Below, one piece after another: positions 1-12,821 of a DNA stretch of 64,000 nt. The notes under the pieces are model-generated. The model made no database searches, was not told the origin of the DNA, and saw only the letters and a program-made list of their open reading frames with translations. Position 1 is the stretch's first letter. Each line of letters begins with the position of its first letter. Origin of the DNA: Trichosphaerium sp. ATCC 40318 (Eukaryota > Protista > Tubulinea); contig JALMLS010000466.1 in the NCBI GenBank assembly GCA_038496445.1, forward strand, positions 806,001-870,000, read 5' to 3'. The position numbers and the translations under genes are program-made.

Positions 1-170
1 CGTCAACGAGTTGTTTCATCCTGTTTTTCAGTTTTTCGACTTCTTCTAGAGGCACAGCGTTCTTAACAACCAAATAACCTTGGTGCACGCGTTAATGAGA
101 ATAATCAATTATACAAATAACCACTACCATCATTGTTGAACTTCTCAATCTGTTCTTTAGTGAGCTTCAT
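1..170 (-). CDS. 5' part of a phytanoyl-CoA dioxygenase (PhyH/PHYHD1)-family protein; runs off the window
   Basis: Spliced MKLTKEQIEKFNNDG|YLVVKNAVPLEEVEKLKNRMKQLVD matches the typical PhyH N-terminus (LT.EQ...F..DGYLV); one GT-AG intron. Confidence 0.7.
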
Positions 171-370
171 GCGTGGTCGTTCTATAGCGGTACAGTTTAC
201 AGTATTTAGTCAGTTTGGAAGTTAAGTGAAAGAGTAAAGTTTTGTTGGACAAAATCCCAACTGTAGTAACAGTTTAAAACACTCACGACGTCTCTCATCA
301 GTGTGACTTATATGTGGGATACCACTACAATTTTCTCAGAACGCCAGGGGAGAAATATTATAATTTACTT

Positions 371-2156
371 TTATTCAATAAGTAGTGAACCTTTATCCCA
401 TATATCCTTAACAGCATTATTGAATCGTTGCCTAGCAACATGTATATTCGGTAATGTTTTCATCTTGAAAGGATAGCAACGATTTGTCAATAAAATAGTA
501 TAAATACCACGCTCCAAGTCACAACAAACTTGTGTCCCAGTGAACCTAAAGTTGAACAACAAATTAGCTAAACCGTTTTTTTTTCTTAAGGTTTTTTACC
601 CTGTATGTGTAAACGTTATCTGACTGAGATCACCACATCCTCTGTAAGTATTTGCAGCATAATTGTTTGTATCCCAACCTAAAGAACGTCAATATGTTCA
701 CTTTTGAGGGGTTAAAAAGTACCTAATGCTCTGCTGCTCTGTGTAACATTTTTAACAGTTACAAAGTATTTAACAGTGGCTTTGTTTATGAAAGGGTCGT
801 CTTCTGTTGCCAAGAAAATTGAACGAACAATGGCGTTGACATCTTTAATAGATGCAAATAAACCAGCGTGGCCAGCAATACCACCCAAAGCATAAGAGTT
901 TTCATCTGAGACAACACCCTGAAAGATGGAAAAAAATGAGAAAAATGAGTCGTTTTACCGAAAAAAGTTATTACCTGCACTTCCTCGTGTCTATAGTAAT
1001 CATCATCCCAAGTAGGTGCAATATTAGAGTACACTTTAGGAGAAGGTCGGAATCCTGTGTTAGATGATAGCTTTAGTCTTTCAACAACATAACGACGAAC
1101 AAACGCTTCATAGTAACATTGATAGATGCTATCATTAACACAAAAGTTAGATCTTATCAAACAATTTGTTTTCACTTACCTAGGGCTATCTGTTGGAACA
1201 CCGTCGACACAAGTTTGGTTTAATTCAAACGCACGAATATAATTCTTTGTACGCGCTATTCTACCAACTACAAACATTGCCGTGATGAAGCTTAAAAAAA
1301 GTATGAATAGGTGAACAATTTCTGATAACTAACCTCAAATCGCTATAAACAAATTTGGCACCGACAGGGTTAATAAGAGTTTGTTTTAACAGAGAATCAT
1401 ATATACGTTCTCTACAGTTAAAAGAAAGCTGTGGATGAAGTTTAGATGTTTCTACAGTGACTTAGCACAGCAAAAACCCATAACAAAAACAAGCGTACCT
1501 TCGCAACCAGTACTATCAAATTTTGCGCTCCCTAAATAGGTTGTTGGCAAACAGGCAATAAAAATAACTTAGCACGTGCAATATGCAGGTACTGGGTCAG
1601 GAGGAAAACCAGCATTATGTAGAAGTAGGTTCATTACTGTTATCTCTTCTTTACCGTTTTGTGCAAATTCGGTTCCTAATAAATCTGGATGTGACACTTT
1701 CATGCCTATACTTGTATTAACACGCTAGAAAAGAGCTGCATAAGGTTATATACCCAAATCTACGTCGTTTTTTTGATATAGTATCATCATACACGTCGTT
1801 GTAGCCAATACTTTTGTGAGACTAGCCAAATCATATTTGGTCTAGGTTTATGAGCTTATTGACGCTTAGGCTAGCCGTACATCTAATGTTGTACTTGGAT
1901 TTGTACCGTTATTTGCTGGTGATGGTTTTCCATACGTGAAGTGACCAATAGGCTGCGAATATAGTACTCCCTGTCAGAGTTAGCAAATTACAGCTAATAA
2001 TTAGCGATTTACCGTTTTATCGCCGACAATTGCTACTGCGCCAGGCATAGTTTGCTTTGATACCTCTTCCTTTAAAATAGTCGTTACAGGAGACCAATCT
2101 AATGCGACAGCAAATGCTATGCCTAAAACAAGCCATAAAAGAGCTTGTCGGTGCAT
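371..2156 (-). CDS. Secreted beta-lactamase-family (class C/AmpC-like) serine hydrolase, multi-exon
   Basis: Signal peptide MHRQALLWLVLGIAFAVA; PGAVAIVG; catalytic SxxK in YDLASLTK; LLLHNAG; C-terminal HTGFTGT...ILLTNR. Confidence 0.85.
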
Positions 2157-2412
2157 AGTGACAACTCTTTACACTTTTCTGACCAAAAACGAATTTCAAA
2201 TGACCATTGACTTATGAAATACGCAAAAACAGTTTTTGATACATTCAATGATGAAAAATGTAAAGTACGGTCGTCAGGCTTTTTTAAAGGTGGCGTACAA
2301 ACGTTGTTATGTTAGTCTAATGTATTGCAAGTCCAAGTCTAAAAAGGATTCACTACAATGACACTTTAGGTAATTTTAATGACACGAAATGGTTTTTTTT
2401 TGACACCTTTCT

Positions 2413-3313
2413 CTATTTACATTTATTTTTTACACCTTTCAAAACACTTGAGTCTGAAGCTTTTGTATATCCTTCTTTAGCACCTTTCCTTGATTAAGCG
2501 CTTGGTCATATAGTTTTCTCAACCTGACAATCTCATTCTGAACTGTCTTCTGTGCTTCGAGAATATCTTGTTCTTCTTCTGCTGTACTCGCTTGAATAAG
2601 TCCTAAGCGTTGTGAGCAACTTACACGCCATTACAAGTGATTTACACTTGACATCTTTTAGTTAGTCGTTAGCAAGCTACATACCTTTTTCCCAGTCGTG
2701 TACGACCGGTGCAACTGATGGTTGTGGGTTTTGTAAAAAGATATTGTTTAAAAACACAGACGGATCCTTAAATGAGAATACCTTGCGTAGGTTTAGCGAA
2801 CTACGTAGTTTTTGATGGACGCACTCGATATACTTCTGCAATAACTATTTGAGTCTTTTTCTTGTTTTGTCCACGAGGTGGTGGGAACAGTTTAAGGTTG
2901 TGGTTGAATGTCACAGGCGAAATGTTCTCATCAACAAAGTAAACATCAATTTTAATTGTAAATTCGCCCCAACCTTTTTCTTCAATTGCAAATGGGTGTT
3001 TATCCACAACTAATACGTAAGTAAACAATATTAACGAGTTATTGTGGCGTACTGCGCAACGGGTTTGCAAAGGACTCATGAATCTGAAAATGGACCTTCT
3101 TGATGAAGTATGATATGTCTTGATCCTCTACAATACCCCTTTTAAGCAGTTTGGTTAGAATGAGGTAGTTTTGCATATTCTTCGCTCCTACCTTACATAC
3201 ACCCTCCATGTGTGCGTATTATCAGAGTCAGGTTGCTTTGGTATTATCTTGGCGGTAGATCCGTATACTATACCGCGTTTATGCTCTTTACCGTACAATA
3301 TTTGTTCTCCCAT
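2413..3313 (-). CDS. YEATS4: YEATS-domain protein (YEATS4/GAS41/Yaf9-like)
   Basis: IVYGSTA...THTWRVYVRG...IKKVHFQIHESFANPLR...PFAIEEKGWGEFTIKI...HNLKLF, followed by a C-terminal coiled coil. Confidence 0.88.
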
Positions 3314-3411
3314 GATGCTTTTACCAGTGGCACTAGATTAAACGAATATGGCGTTGGTACTTAAAGACCCATTATGACTGTTGCTAACCAGCACTTTTTT
3401 ACGATTGACAC

Positions 3412-6400
3412 ATGTTTGGCGTGGTAACAAAACGCTCTATTAGGTTCTCGCACGCGCGGGTACAGCACAGACGACAAAAACGCCTGTACGAACGACTTTA
3501 AACCAACTGTTATTCTGACACCCAAAAAAGGCCCGTTACGCTTAAGCGTTTCTGTGCTAATACGCTTCGACGCTCTGAACCTCCAATACCGTCTCCATAC
3601 CAAAGCAATCGAAACTTCAAAGATATTGATCATTACCTCAATGAATACAAACGCAGTATAGACGAACCAGAAGCGTTTTGGGATGATGTATGTTTTTTTA
3701 AACTGTTTTAATTTCTTATTATTCCCAAGATCGCTAAAACTTCGCTCGCATGGCACAGACCATACGACAGGGTTAAATCTGGGTACGTGGTAATGTTGTA
3801 TTTCCCGAAAACAGGTTTTAACCAGTACACCAAAAGAGGATTTGAAAAAGGAGATATTGCTTGGTTTTTAAACGGAGAAATAAACGTTGCTGAGAATTGT
3901 CTTGATCGACACGTGCAAAACAACGGAGATAAAAATGCTATTATATGGGAAGGTGATAGACCAGATCAATGTAGATATATCACCTACAATGAATTGTATT
4001 TGATGGTAAAAGGAGCTGTACTTTTTTTTTGAAGTAATTTTTATTTTAGGTTTGTCAGTTGGCCAATGTTTTGAAGCAAATGGGCGTAAAGAAAGGTGAT
4101 AGGGTTTGTATTTATATGCCTATGGTTCCTGAGACGGCTGCGGCAATGCTCGCTTGCGCTAGAATAGGAGCTGTTCATTCTGTTGTGTTCGCAGGTACCT
4201 TTTTGTTTACAGGCCTTTTTTTTATTAAACCTGTTTTTAGGGTTTAGCGCTGAGGCACTTCGTGATCGTATTAATGGTATTTGAAATTTCAAGTGCTGTT
4301 AGCTGACGTCATTAGCTTCTGGATCCCGAGTCGTTCTCACTGCTAATGAAGCACCAAGAGGCGGTAAATTTTCTGATTTGAAGAAAACAGTAAGTTGTTA
4401 AACACGTAATGTTTCGTGCTCCAAGGGTAATCAAAAAAAGGTTGATGACGCTTTACGCGGATGCCCTCAAGTACAATCTGTCTTAGTTTACAAGAGAACT
4501 CCTGAACACACAAACATGGTAGAAGGACGAGATCATTGGATGCACGAATCTATGGATAAAGTGGGTTGTGTTGTCTTTTCTCTTTAGTGTTAAATCATTA
4601 TAGGTTCCAGGATACTGTCCATGTGAACCAATGAATTCTGAAGATCCTCTGTTTATTTTATACACTTCTGGGTCAACTGGAAAGCCGAAAGGTATGCTCA
4701 TCGTCACGTGTTTTGTATTGATTGGAAAAAAGGTATTGTACATTCCACTGCTGGTTATCTTCTTTATGCATCTACTACCCACAAATACGTCTTCGATTAC
4801 AAACCTGTAAGCTGACCAACAAAAGTAACAAAATATCATGCTTACAATGATAGGGAGACATTTACGCTTGTGTTGCAGATGTAGGCTGGATAACTGGTCA
4901 CTCTTATATTGTATACGGACCTCTGGCAAATGGTAATGACCTGTTTTATTCTCGAGAATAATCCATTTTCAGGCGCCACAACACTTATGTTTGAATCTAT
5001 TCCTACATACCCTGATGCCTCAAGGTACTGTAACCATAAGCGCCACAACGCTTAAGTAATATGGTTTAGATACTGGCAAATGGTTGAGAAGTACAAGATT
5101 AGTATCTTCTACACTGCACCAACGGTTTGTGTTACGAACAGAAAGATATGCATCATTGTTTTGACCACTTGTTTGTTCCTAGGCTATACGTGCTTTGATG
5201 AAGTATGGTAATGACCCAGTTAAAAAACATGATTTATCTTCCCTACGTGTTTTGGGAACAGTTGGTGAGCCTATAAACAGAGAGGCATGGAACTGGTATT
5301 TCGAAACTGTTGGTGGCAAGAAATGTCCAATCGTAGACACTTATTGGCAGGTACGCCCACCTAATAACTACAATTCTATTCCCGTCAATAACAATATAAT
5401 TAGACAGAAACTGGGGGTGCTATTATCAGCCCTTTGGCTGGAGTTACGTCTTTAAAACCAGGTAAATCTCAGCACATTCCTGGCAAGTTGTTTTATAGAG
5501 TTGATTAGGTAGCGCTGGATTGCCACTTCCTGGTGTCAAGTTGGCTGTCTTTAAGGAAAATGGAGATAAATTAAAACAAGGCGAGGCTGGTACAGGTCTT
5601 CTTGGAATAGAGTCCACGTGGCCAGGTATATGTAGGACTGTCCTAGGTACTGTAATATCTCATAATGTTGTTTTTCTTAACGCTTGTCAAAGATGACCAC
5701 CAACGCTATCTCTCAGCTTACATGAGCACAATTCCTGGCAGTTATTTCACAGGTGATGCGTGTGAAGTAGACGGCGATGGATATATTTGGATAAGAGGTC
5801 AGTAAAGCAGTAAGCGGCCAAACTCATGTTTATTTTTAGGACGCGTCGATGATGTTATCACAAAAGCAGGACATAGACTTGGCACAGCAGAAATTGAAGG
5901 GGCCTTAACCGAACACCCAGGTGTTACAGAGGCAGCAGGTAATCAAATATATTCTCTATAATCGCAAGCAAGATGTTGACTTTTGTATAGTTGTCGCAAC
6001 ACCTGATCCAGTTAAAGGGTAACTAAGTTTTTTTTTATCAAAACATGACACGTGCAACAATTTCTTAGCGCTAATGCGCTTTGTTTCTTGCCTTCTGACC
6101 TTTTGTTTAGGCAAGCGATCATTGCGTATTGTGCTGTTAGACATGGATATAAAGTTACATCAGAAACAATACCAGAACTACTTAATGAAGTGAAGACACA
6201 TATTGGATCAATAGCAAAGCCAGATACAATAATATTAACTGATGATTTACCAAAAACAAGGTCTGGTAAAATAATGAGAAGGCTACTTGTTAAAATAGCA
6301 TCAAACAATACTGACATTGGTACGCCTGATCTGATTTTTATGTACACTTTTTTTGTTTTCTTTCAAGCGCTCGAATGCTTGTCCTCACCAATTTTTTCTT

Positions 6401-6620
6401 TTCGCGTATGGCGTGGCGTGAAAAAAACCGTGACATCCTAGGAGTGTTACTTACATTTTACAAATCACCACGTCTCGTGATGCTTTCAAAAAGCTCTTAA
6501 AATAGTTGTTGCTGAGATTTTAACAATACTAAATATTTTATAGGAGATGTGTCTACGCTAGCCAACCCTGATATTGTTGATACATTAGTAGACTTAACAA
6601 AACAAGAGATGGGCCTGTAA
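3412..6620 (+). CDS. acs: Acetyl-CoA synthetase with a predicted mitochondrial transit peptide, many introns
   Basis: Arg-rich leader [16 protein letters not shown]; [10 protein letters not shown]; [11 protein letters not shown]; VGEPIN; DTYWQTETG; YFTGD; GRVDD; [12 protein letters not shown]. Confidence 0.95.
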
Positions 6621-6862
6621 TTTGTCACGTTTTTATCATAAGACAGTCTCAGACAATGAAAGAAAAAAATTTGGATAAAACAAAAAAAAAAGAATAAATA
6701 GTTCTTAGTCCTTATTCAAAACGAGCTCCCTTCAAGTACTAGTTTCGAAAAAGCCAGATAGGAACCTCACTGCTTAGACAACATATTCATTACCCCCGTT
6801 TCAGTTAGTTAAAGATAAAGAAAAGTAAACCATTGAAAGAAGATAGTTTATTAATGAACTAC

Positions 6863-9032
6863 TTAAAAAAATAAGCTTTGTTTAGGAAATGACAAGGTTT
6901 GGGTGGAAGGGAAAGCTGCTTTGTAGGTATCTCCTAGTGCCCTGACGTTGCGATTATCCGCACCCAACATTTTCATGTACTGTATATTCCTTCCAACACC
7001 GTTTACAATGCGGTAAGCCTCCGCGCTTTTACAGTACTCTTGGACAATCTCCTGATCCTTCTTGCCAGTTTTGTCGGTTGCTAATTCGTGAAAAAGCACA
7101 CCAAGCTTGTACCATGCGATATGAGGTCTATCTTCACCACCTCTTCTTGTTGATTCTGCACAAAACTTGTCATACGTAAAAAGAACCTGTCCGACCATCT
7201 TGATCGCTTCAATATGCTCGGGGTGTAGTTTCGTTGATTTTAGAAACTCTCTTCTAAGTGATATGACATTCCTATCAATCATACTCGTGAACTGAGGTGG
7301 ATCGTTAATCATCTTTTTAAGCTCGATGAAATTTTTTGCAGTGTGATCTCCAAGAGCCCATATTTTCTTGGAAACAAAGGTTGATACATGAGGTGAAAGC
7401 TGATATCCTACTTTTCCTTGAAGAGCTTTCGCTAAGCGAAGGAAAGGCTCATATTCTTCGTTCCATTTCATAAGCTTTTCAATTAAATCGTTGGTAAAGC
7501 AGCTCAATTTGTCGCTATCAGCACGTGATGCTACATCAGCTAAAAGATTGATAGCAGATGTTACAAGCACAGATTCTTTGTTATCATCCTTTGACAGTTC
7601 GGATTCAAGGGCTTGGTTGAGACTGCTGATAATATCGCCTATTTTTGCGTCCATCAAGAAATTAGCAGTTGTCTCGTCTGGAGCATCTGAAGGTTTCAAT
7701 GTCGAGACATCAAAAGAAGCCTTGTCCTCTTCTGACAAGTTGTTTAAGGTCTTTTCTACCTCAGGCCACGCGCTGGATACGTATTGTGCCAATTTCGCTT
7801 TTCTTTCTTCTTCTTGCTTGCGTTTCTCTTCAGCAGCTCTTTCTTGTTCTTCCTTTTCACACTTTTCGAAGTCTTTCGTTTTTTCTTCGATATCCGATAT
7901 TTGAAGCGAAAATGCGATGGAGAGTTTTCCGTATTTCTCAGCTCCTTTCTTGCCATCACGAGAAGTCAAAGGAACTTCTGTTTTAAGGTCGTGCAAACCT
8001 TTTTGGAAGACTTGCCAGCCTTTATCCTTGCACGAGTCAAGCTTCTCTGTAAGCTGATCAACAAAGGATACACAAGTACGACCCATAAAATCGTCAGATC
8101 CAATAGCATCTTTATCCCTAAAGGTAGAAGTTAGCTTGTTGTAGCGTCTAGCAGAAAGCTACTGCAGGCGAAAAAAAAATGACAAGTGTCAACTGCCTTG
8201 TAGTGACAGAATCTCAGTCGCCTGGTTTTATGTAATAATCTCGGTATTGCAGCAATAATAAGTTCGGGAAATGCGTACCAAACGTCAAGACGTAGAACGT
8301 ATTGGTCAATAGGACCTTTGATTTCAAAGTGAAAGATTTCATTCCATCTTGGACACAATGTCTTTTTCTTTGTTGACGTCTTTCCATAAAGCGCAGCTGA
8401 TGCACCTTTTTTAGGCGCTTTAACTGCATCATTAGCTTTACTCTAAGACTTACAGTTAGTATTTTATGAAAGGCCGAAAGAGTTCGAAAAAAAAAAAAGT
8501 CCGAAAAAAAAAAATAGGGCCGGTTGAGCGCGCTCACGCCTCGCTGGCTGCCCCAGCGGTTAAAGGGGCGTTTTCAGGTTGTAACATGGCCGTTGGTGGG
8601 AAATAAGTAAAAAAGGGTTTGCCGGTTTCGAGGTTCGACCAACTATTTCGAGAGAAAATAGAACCCGTGTAATTTTATGGAACAACTTTGAGTTGGTCTA
8701 CAAGGGAGCGTAGAGTGTTGAAAACTATTCCAAATATTGATACAACTAAAACTGTTGCATATGTTTCAAATTTGCATAAATGACCGAATTACGCTGCTAC
8801 TACGCGCGATAAGGGCTATCGGTGTATTTTTAATAAATTCGAGTTCGCTTACGCCTTTTTGTAGGAAAACCTTCTTTGTACATACCTTTTCACAAACGCA
8901 AAGCTTAACATAAGGATCTGATGTTCCGCCAACATCGCATGCAGCTAGTTTTGCTCCAGACATACTGAAAATCGTCACCTTTGTTGTGGTTGCCTGAGAA
9001 AACGCTGGTAGTTCGTATTTGAAGCCTTCCAT
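6863..9032 (-). CDS. C2-domain protein with a coiled coil and an unrecognised ~300-aa C-terminal domain
   Basis: C2 motifs LAACDVGGTSDPYVKL, KTLCPRWNEIFHF, VWDKDAIGSDDFMGR over three exons; ~1.25-kb terminal exon (ORF 6863-8086). Confidence 0.8.
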
Positions 9033-10167
9033 TTGTTATTGCTAATAAAGTGATTCAAAAGTTTAAGTTCGCTTCTAGTAAGCTCTAAAATCCATGAAAA
9101 TTCTATAGGGTGAGTACCCGAGCTTATATACTTCATAAATAACATGAAGACAGCACTGAAGGCTTCCCCTGACAAACCCAAAAAAAGTCGGGTTTCCAAT
9201 GTGGAATGGGTAGCTACAATTTTGCCGAAATTTATGTAGTTTCGCGATATCTGTCGAGCATGGTTTTAGAAACCAAACTTTATATAAGTACTTTATAATA
9301 CAACGTAAGTATTATCTCTGGGAATGTGGTGTTTTTTGACAACTTTTCACTTACACAACGTGAACGTGTCGGACTTAATCTCTAATTTCTGGGATGGGTA
9401 AGTTCCTTTATTTTTCACCGTCAGACTTTCCATCGTGAGCAGTGGGGAAAGCGATCAATTTCCTAGCCGGCTACCCCGGCAGAAAGCGAAAGCCACGTTG
9501 TACATTGAACATTTTAACTTCGTTTTGTTGGTATTCTGTCGTTTGGAAAAGTCGAACTTACAGGTTTGATTGGTTAAGGTAAGAAAGAAGGAGAATTAAA
9601 AATATAGTATTCAAGTGGTCAATTACTGGAGTTGTGTAACTACAGCAAGGGTCAAAAACAAGGACTGACCGCACTTTGGCATGAAAATGGTCAATTTAAT
9701 ACTTTTGAGTGAAAATGATTTGGCTGGCCTTGACAAAACTGCCAATATCAAAGTCAACACAATGTGCAATAACATTGGCTCGAAGAATGAAATCTCAACC
9801 CTTAACCTCGCCCTGATATCCTCTATTCTTACTACTGTCTTTTTTTTCTATGTTGCAAATGTCATGCCTGTTCTTAAATGTAGAATAAACCGCTTGTATG
9901 GTTATGCTAAGCTATCAAAGACTTAAAGCGTCCCAATCATGTCTCTTGATTGAATAGACATTATTGATTAAGCTTTTCCGTAGACTCATTAACAGATTCA
10001 CGCTGTGGTTGCTATCAAACTTTTTGTAGTTTATGTAAAAAGCAGCAAGTTAAACAAATAGCTCACGTGATAGCGTAAGTTTTAACAAGTGGATTGGCCA
10101 ATCAATTAGTTGATCCCTTTTGACTGTCATACCCTCTACCCTTAACTATAACAAGAAGTAACGTATA

Positions 10168-11028
10168 ATGGAACATGAGAAACAATTATCTCCTCGTAAA
10201 CAGCACGCAAATACTAGGAAAGAATGCATCACTGCAGAATTATCTATTCTCAATCTACCTTTCGATATTTGGGCTTCACTACTCTTAACTCTACTCCCAA
10301 GCCGAGATATTGTTTTTATCATTAAAACAGTGTGTAAGGCCCTCAACAATCAGCTAGATACCGAGCTAGTGTGGAGGCGTACTTGTAAACAATTTCTACA
10401 ACACATAGCGAAGGAACAAATCAATCCAACGTATTATGATCCAAATACTGATTATTTTAAAGACTACACTCAAAGTATGTTTGATCGATATGGAAACTGG
10501 TTTGATTCTTACAAGAATATATATCTATGGCATTTACCTTCATATTGTACTTTTACTGAAGATAAAGTCGATAAAGAAGACTTCGATCATACAACTTATG
10601 AGGTCCCTAAGATGTTCAATTACGGTGACATGTTGTGCCTAGACGCGACAAGATTATGTGGTCTTTACTTTGTTGTACATGGAAAGTTAGTGTCAGCTAG
10701 TAAAGAGCAGAATGATTGTTTTACAGGCTGTACAGAAATTGCACCGTACATAATTAGTAGCAAGATGAAATATGAGGAGTTCTTTGAGGAACACAAATAC
10801 AGTATTAGTTCATGGTATTATAGAGGTGATGATACACGTGTTATCAATTTATTAGGTAAACCATTACCTGGTCATTGTATAGTGGAAGAAGAGACTCAAA
10901 CTGGATGGTTTCGTTTTAATCCAGGGAACAATACATATATTTCATTTCGAGGTGAACAATATGTCACTTACGAACGTGTAATGAGTGCAATGAACCCTAA
11001 TACTATTATTAAAGCTGCGAACATATAG
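10168..11028 (+). CDS. Intronless F-box-like protein
   Basis: 286-aa ORF with an F-box-like segment ILNLPFDIWASLLLTLLPSRDIVFIIKTVCKALNNQLDTELVWRRTC; C-terminus not recognised. Confidence 0.7.
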   Translation: MEHEKQLSPRKQHANTRKECITAELSILNLPFDIWASLLLTLLPSRDIVFIIKTVCKALNNQLDTELVWRRTCKQFLQHIAKEQINPTYYDPNTDYFKDYTQSMFDRYGNWFDSYKNIYLWHLPSYCTFTEDKVDKEDFDHTTYEVPKMFNYGDMLCLDATRLCGLYFVVHGKLVSASKEQNDCFTGCTEIAPYIISSKMKYEEFFEEHKYSISSWYYRGDDTRVINLLGKPLPGHCIVEEETQTGWFRFNPGNNTYISFRGEQYVTYERVMSAMNPNTIIKAANI

Positions 11029-11230
11029 CCACCTTTTATCGAGTAAACATGTACATTGTAGTATTGAAAGCTCAAACTCTTTAGAATATTAAAATACCAC
11101 AAAATCCAGATTTCTTTCAAAAAAATAAACAGTATTGTGCAGTCACTTCTATCAAATCCGTACTGTACTTTTTATTTTATTGTTACACCCTCGCCATGTC
11201 CAAAACATTTAAATTTTCGATTCATCAATG

Positions 11231-12600
11231 CTACGCTATTGTGAAAATACATGCAATAGGTAGATGATCAGAAGAATGTTCCTTAATTGGTAATCCTTTC
11301 AACATCTTATCCCTCAATTCTTTATCCTCTGGTAAAATTCTTTTAATAGCAATAGGATACAACGTATCATAAGTATAGTACATAGCATCAACGCGAAATG
11401 AATTACCGTTCTTCTAGATTCTTTTTGTTAGAAACGGATCACGTGATATTGTTTTTTGAGAAAAAAAAAGGACAAAATAGTTGCCATACAATGTAAGTTG
11501 GGTCTGTTGTGTAACCTTTGTATACTTCTTTAAACTTGAACTCATGCTGAAACGTCTTTTCACCAACCATTGCTTGCTTTGAAGTATCAAAGAAATTATA
11601 CTAAAACAAACAATCAGTGTCTGATAAAAAAAGACTTATTCTATGTCTGTGTGTACCGTTAATGACTGTTTAATCAAATATTCACCAACAGGCCTATGAA
11701 TACCTTCGTTAAAGTCTCCACAAACAATGATAGGTGCTGGAGCGCCTTTCATTTTGAGTATTTGTTTCCTCATGTGTTTTAAAGACGATTTTATTTGATC
11801 AAACCTACAGCGCTTTAAGCATTGATCACAAAGTAAAAGAAATATCAAAATGATGAATGCAATATTTACCTTTGTTTTTGCTTCGAAGGATGTCCTTCAA
11901 GATGCTAAAGGAAGATAATTAACAAACCGCCAATTGTATTCACTGAAAAGGGTCGATTTCTTTTGTTTCAAATGCTTCTCACAGAGCTTAACATAATTTT
12001 TTTTGGGCGTTGGTTGCACGTACTACATTGCATATAAACAAGGGTGTATTTGTGACAGTATCGCGCAGTTTTAATAGCATCGTTCTGCTACGGAAGTCTA
12101 CCCACTCTTGAGAGAAGCGTGTTTTATACAAAACAGCGTTTGTCCAGCGCTCGTAACCGTTCCTTATCCTTATAAGCACAGCACAGCTTAGAAAACGGAA
12201 ATACCTTATTTCTCTTTTAAATTTCGTTTTTATAATCTTATTGTAGCCCATGGAAAGAAATACAGACGCGAAATCGTCAAATAAGTCAATATCAACTTCT
12301 TGAAGGCAAACTATATCCGGATCGCTCTGTAATATCTCTTTTTGTAGCTATGAATCGTTACCACTTGTTTTAAGTTGTTTTCACGCACTTGAGGTTTTCT
12401 GTATTCCCACGCCAAGTACTTGTCATCTAGAGGGAACCTCTTTGTAAAATTCGCCCAACACTGCGCCAAACTAGTGGTTTAAGCGATTTGAAAACAATTA
12501 AAAGCCAATCAACTTACAGATTAAACGAGAGTACAGTTATAGTCTCTTTAGCACTTTTACTGGTTATAATTGTGTTTGAAAGACGTTCAAAGCTTGCCAT
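11231..12600 (-). CDS. EEP-superfamily CCR4/nocturnin/Angel-like phosphoesterase
   Basis: TVLSFNLLAQ...LAWEYR...DPDIVCLQEVD; HLEGHP; IIVCGDFN; VDAMYYT; terminal SDHLPI. Confidence 0.88.
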
Positions 12601-12821
12601 TCTCTACTCTGAGGGAATTTTGATATTGCTTGGTTTTTTGGAGTATTTCTTAAGATGATTTCACAGAATGTCATGTGAATAGCCACGTATAAAGTCTCAA
12701 GTACACGTGTATATACTCCCTTTGTTTAACCTTGTACATACCATCGGATATCCTACCAAACAGCCAATCTACTACGAACTTTCTTGGTTTGTTCTTTTTT
12801 ATTTACAATTTTCTTGTTGAA

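Noticed and set aside
8063-8071. GTATCCTTT (perfect U12 donor) on the - strand
   Set aside because: It lies within a continuous 407-aa ORF (C2 strand CVSFVD) with no U12 branch site nearby; most likely coding coincidence.
7491-8134. Plus-strand ORFs (7491-7904, 7669-7986, 7784-8134) and many similar short ORFs in the track
   Set aside because: Antisense or off-frame shadows of real exons with no protein-like features.
8587-8642. Possible tRNA gene (A/B-box-like motifs)
   Set aside because: No cloverleaf or acceptor stem can be formed; kept only as part of the intronic-insert finding.
9418-9436. GGAAAGTCTGA on the - strand, resembling RNase P/MRP CR-I
   Set aside because: I found no complementary CR-V (TCAGAC) downstream to form the P4 helix.
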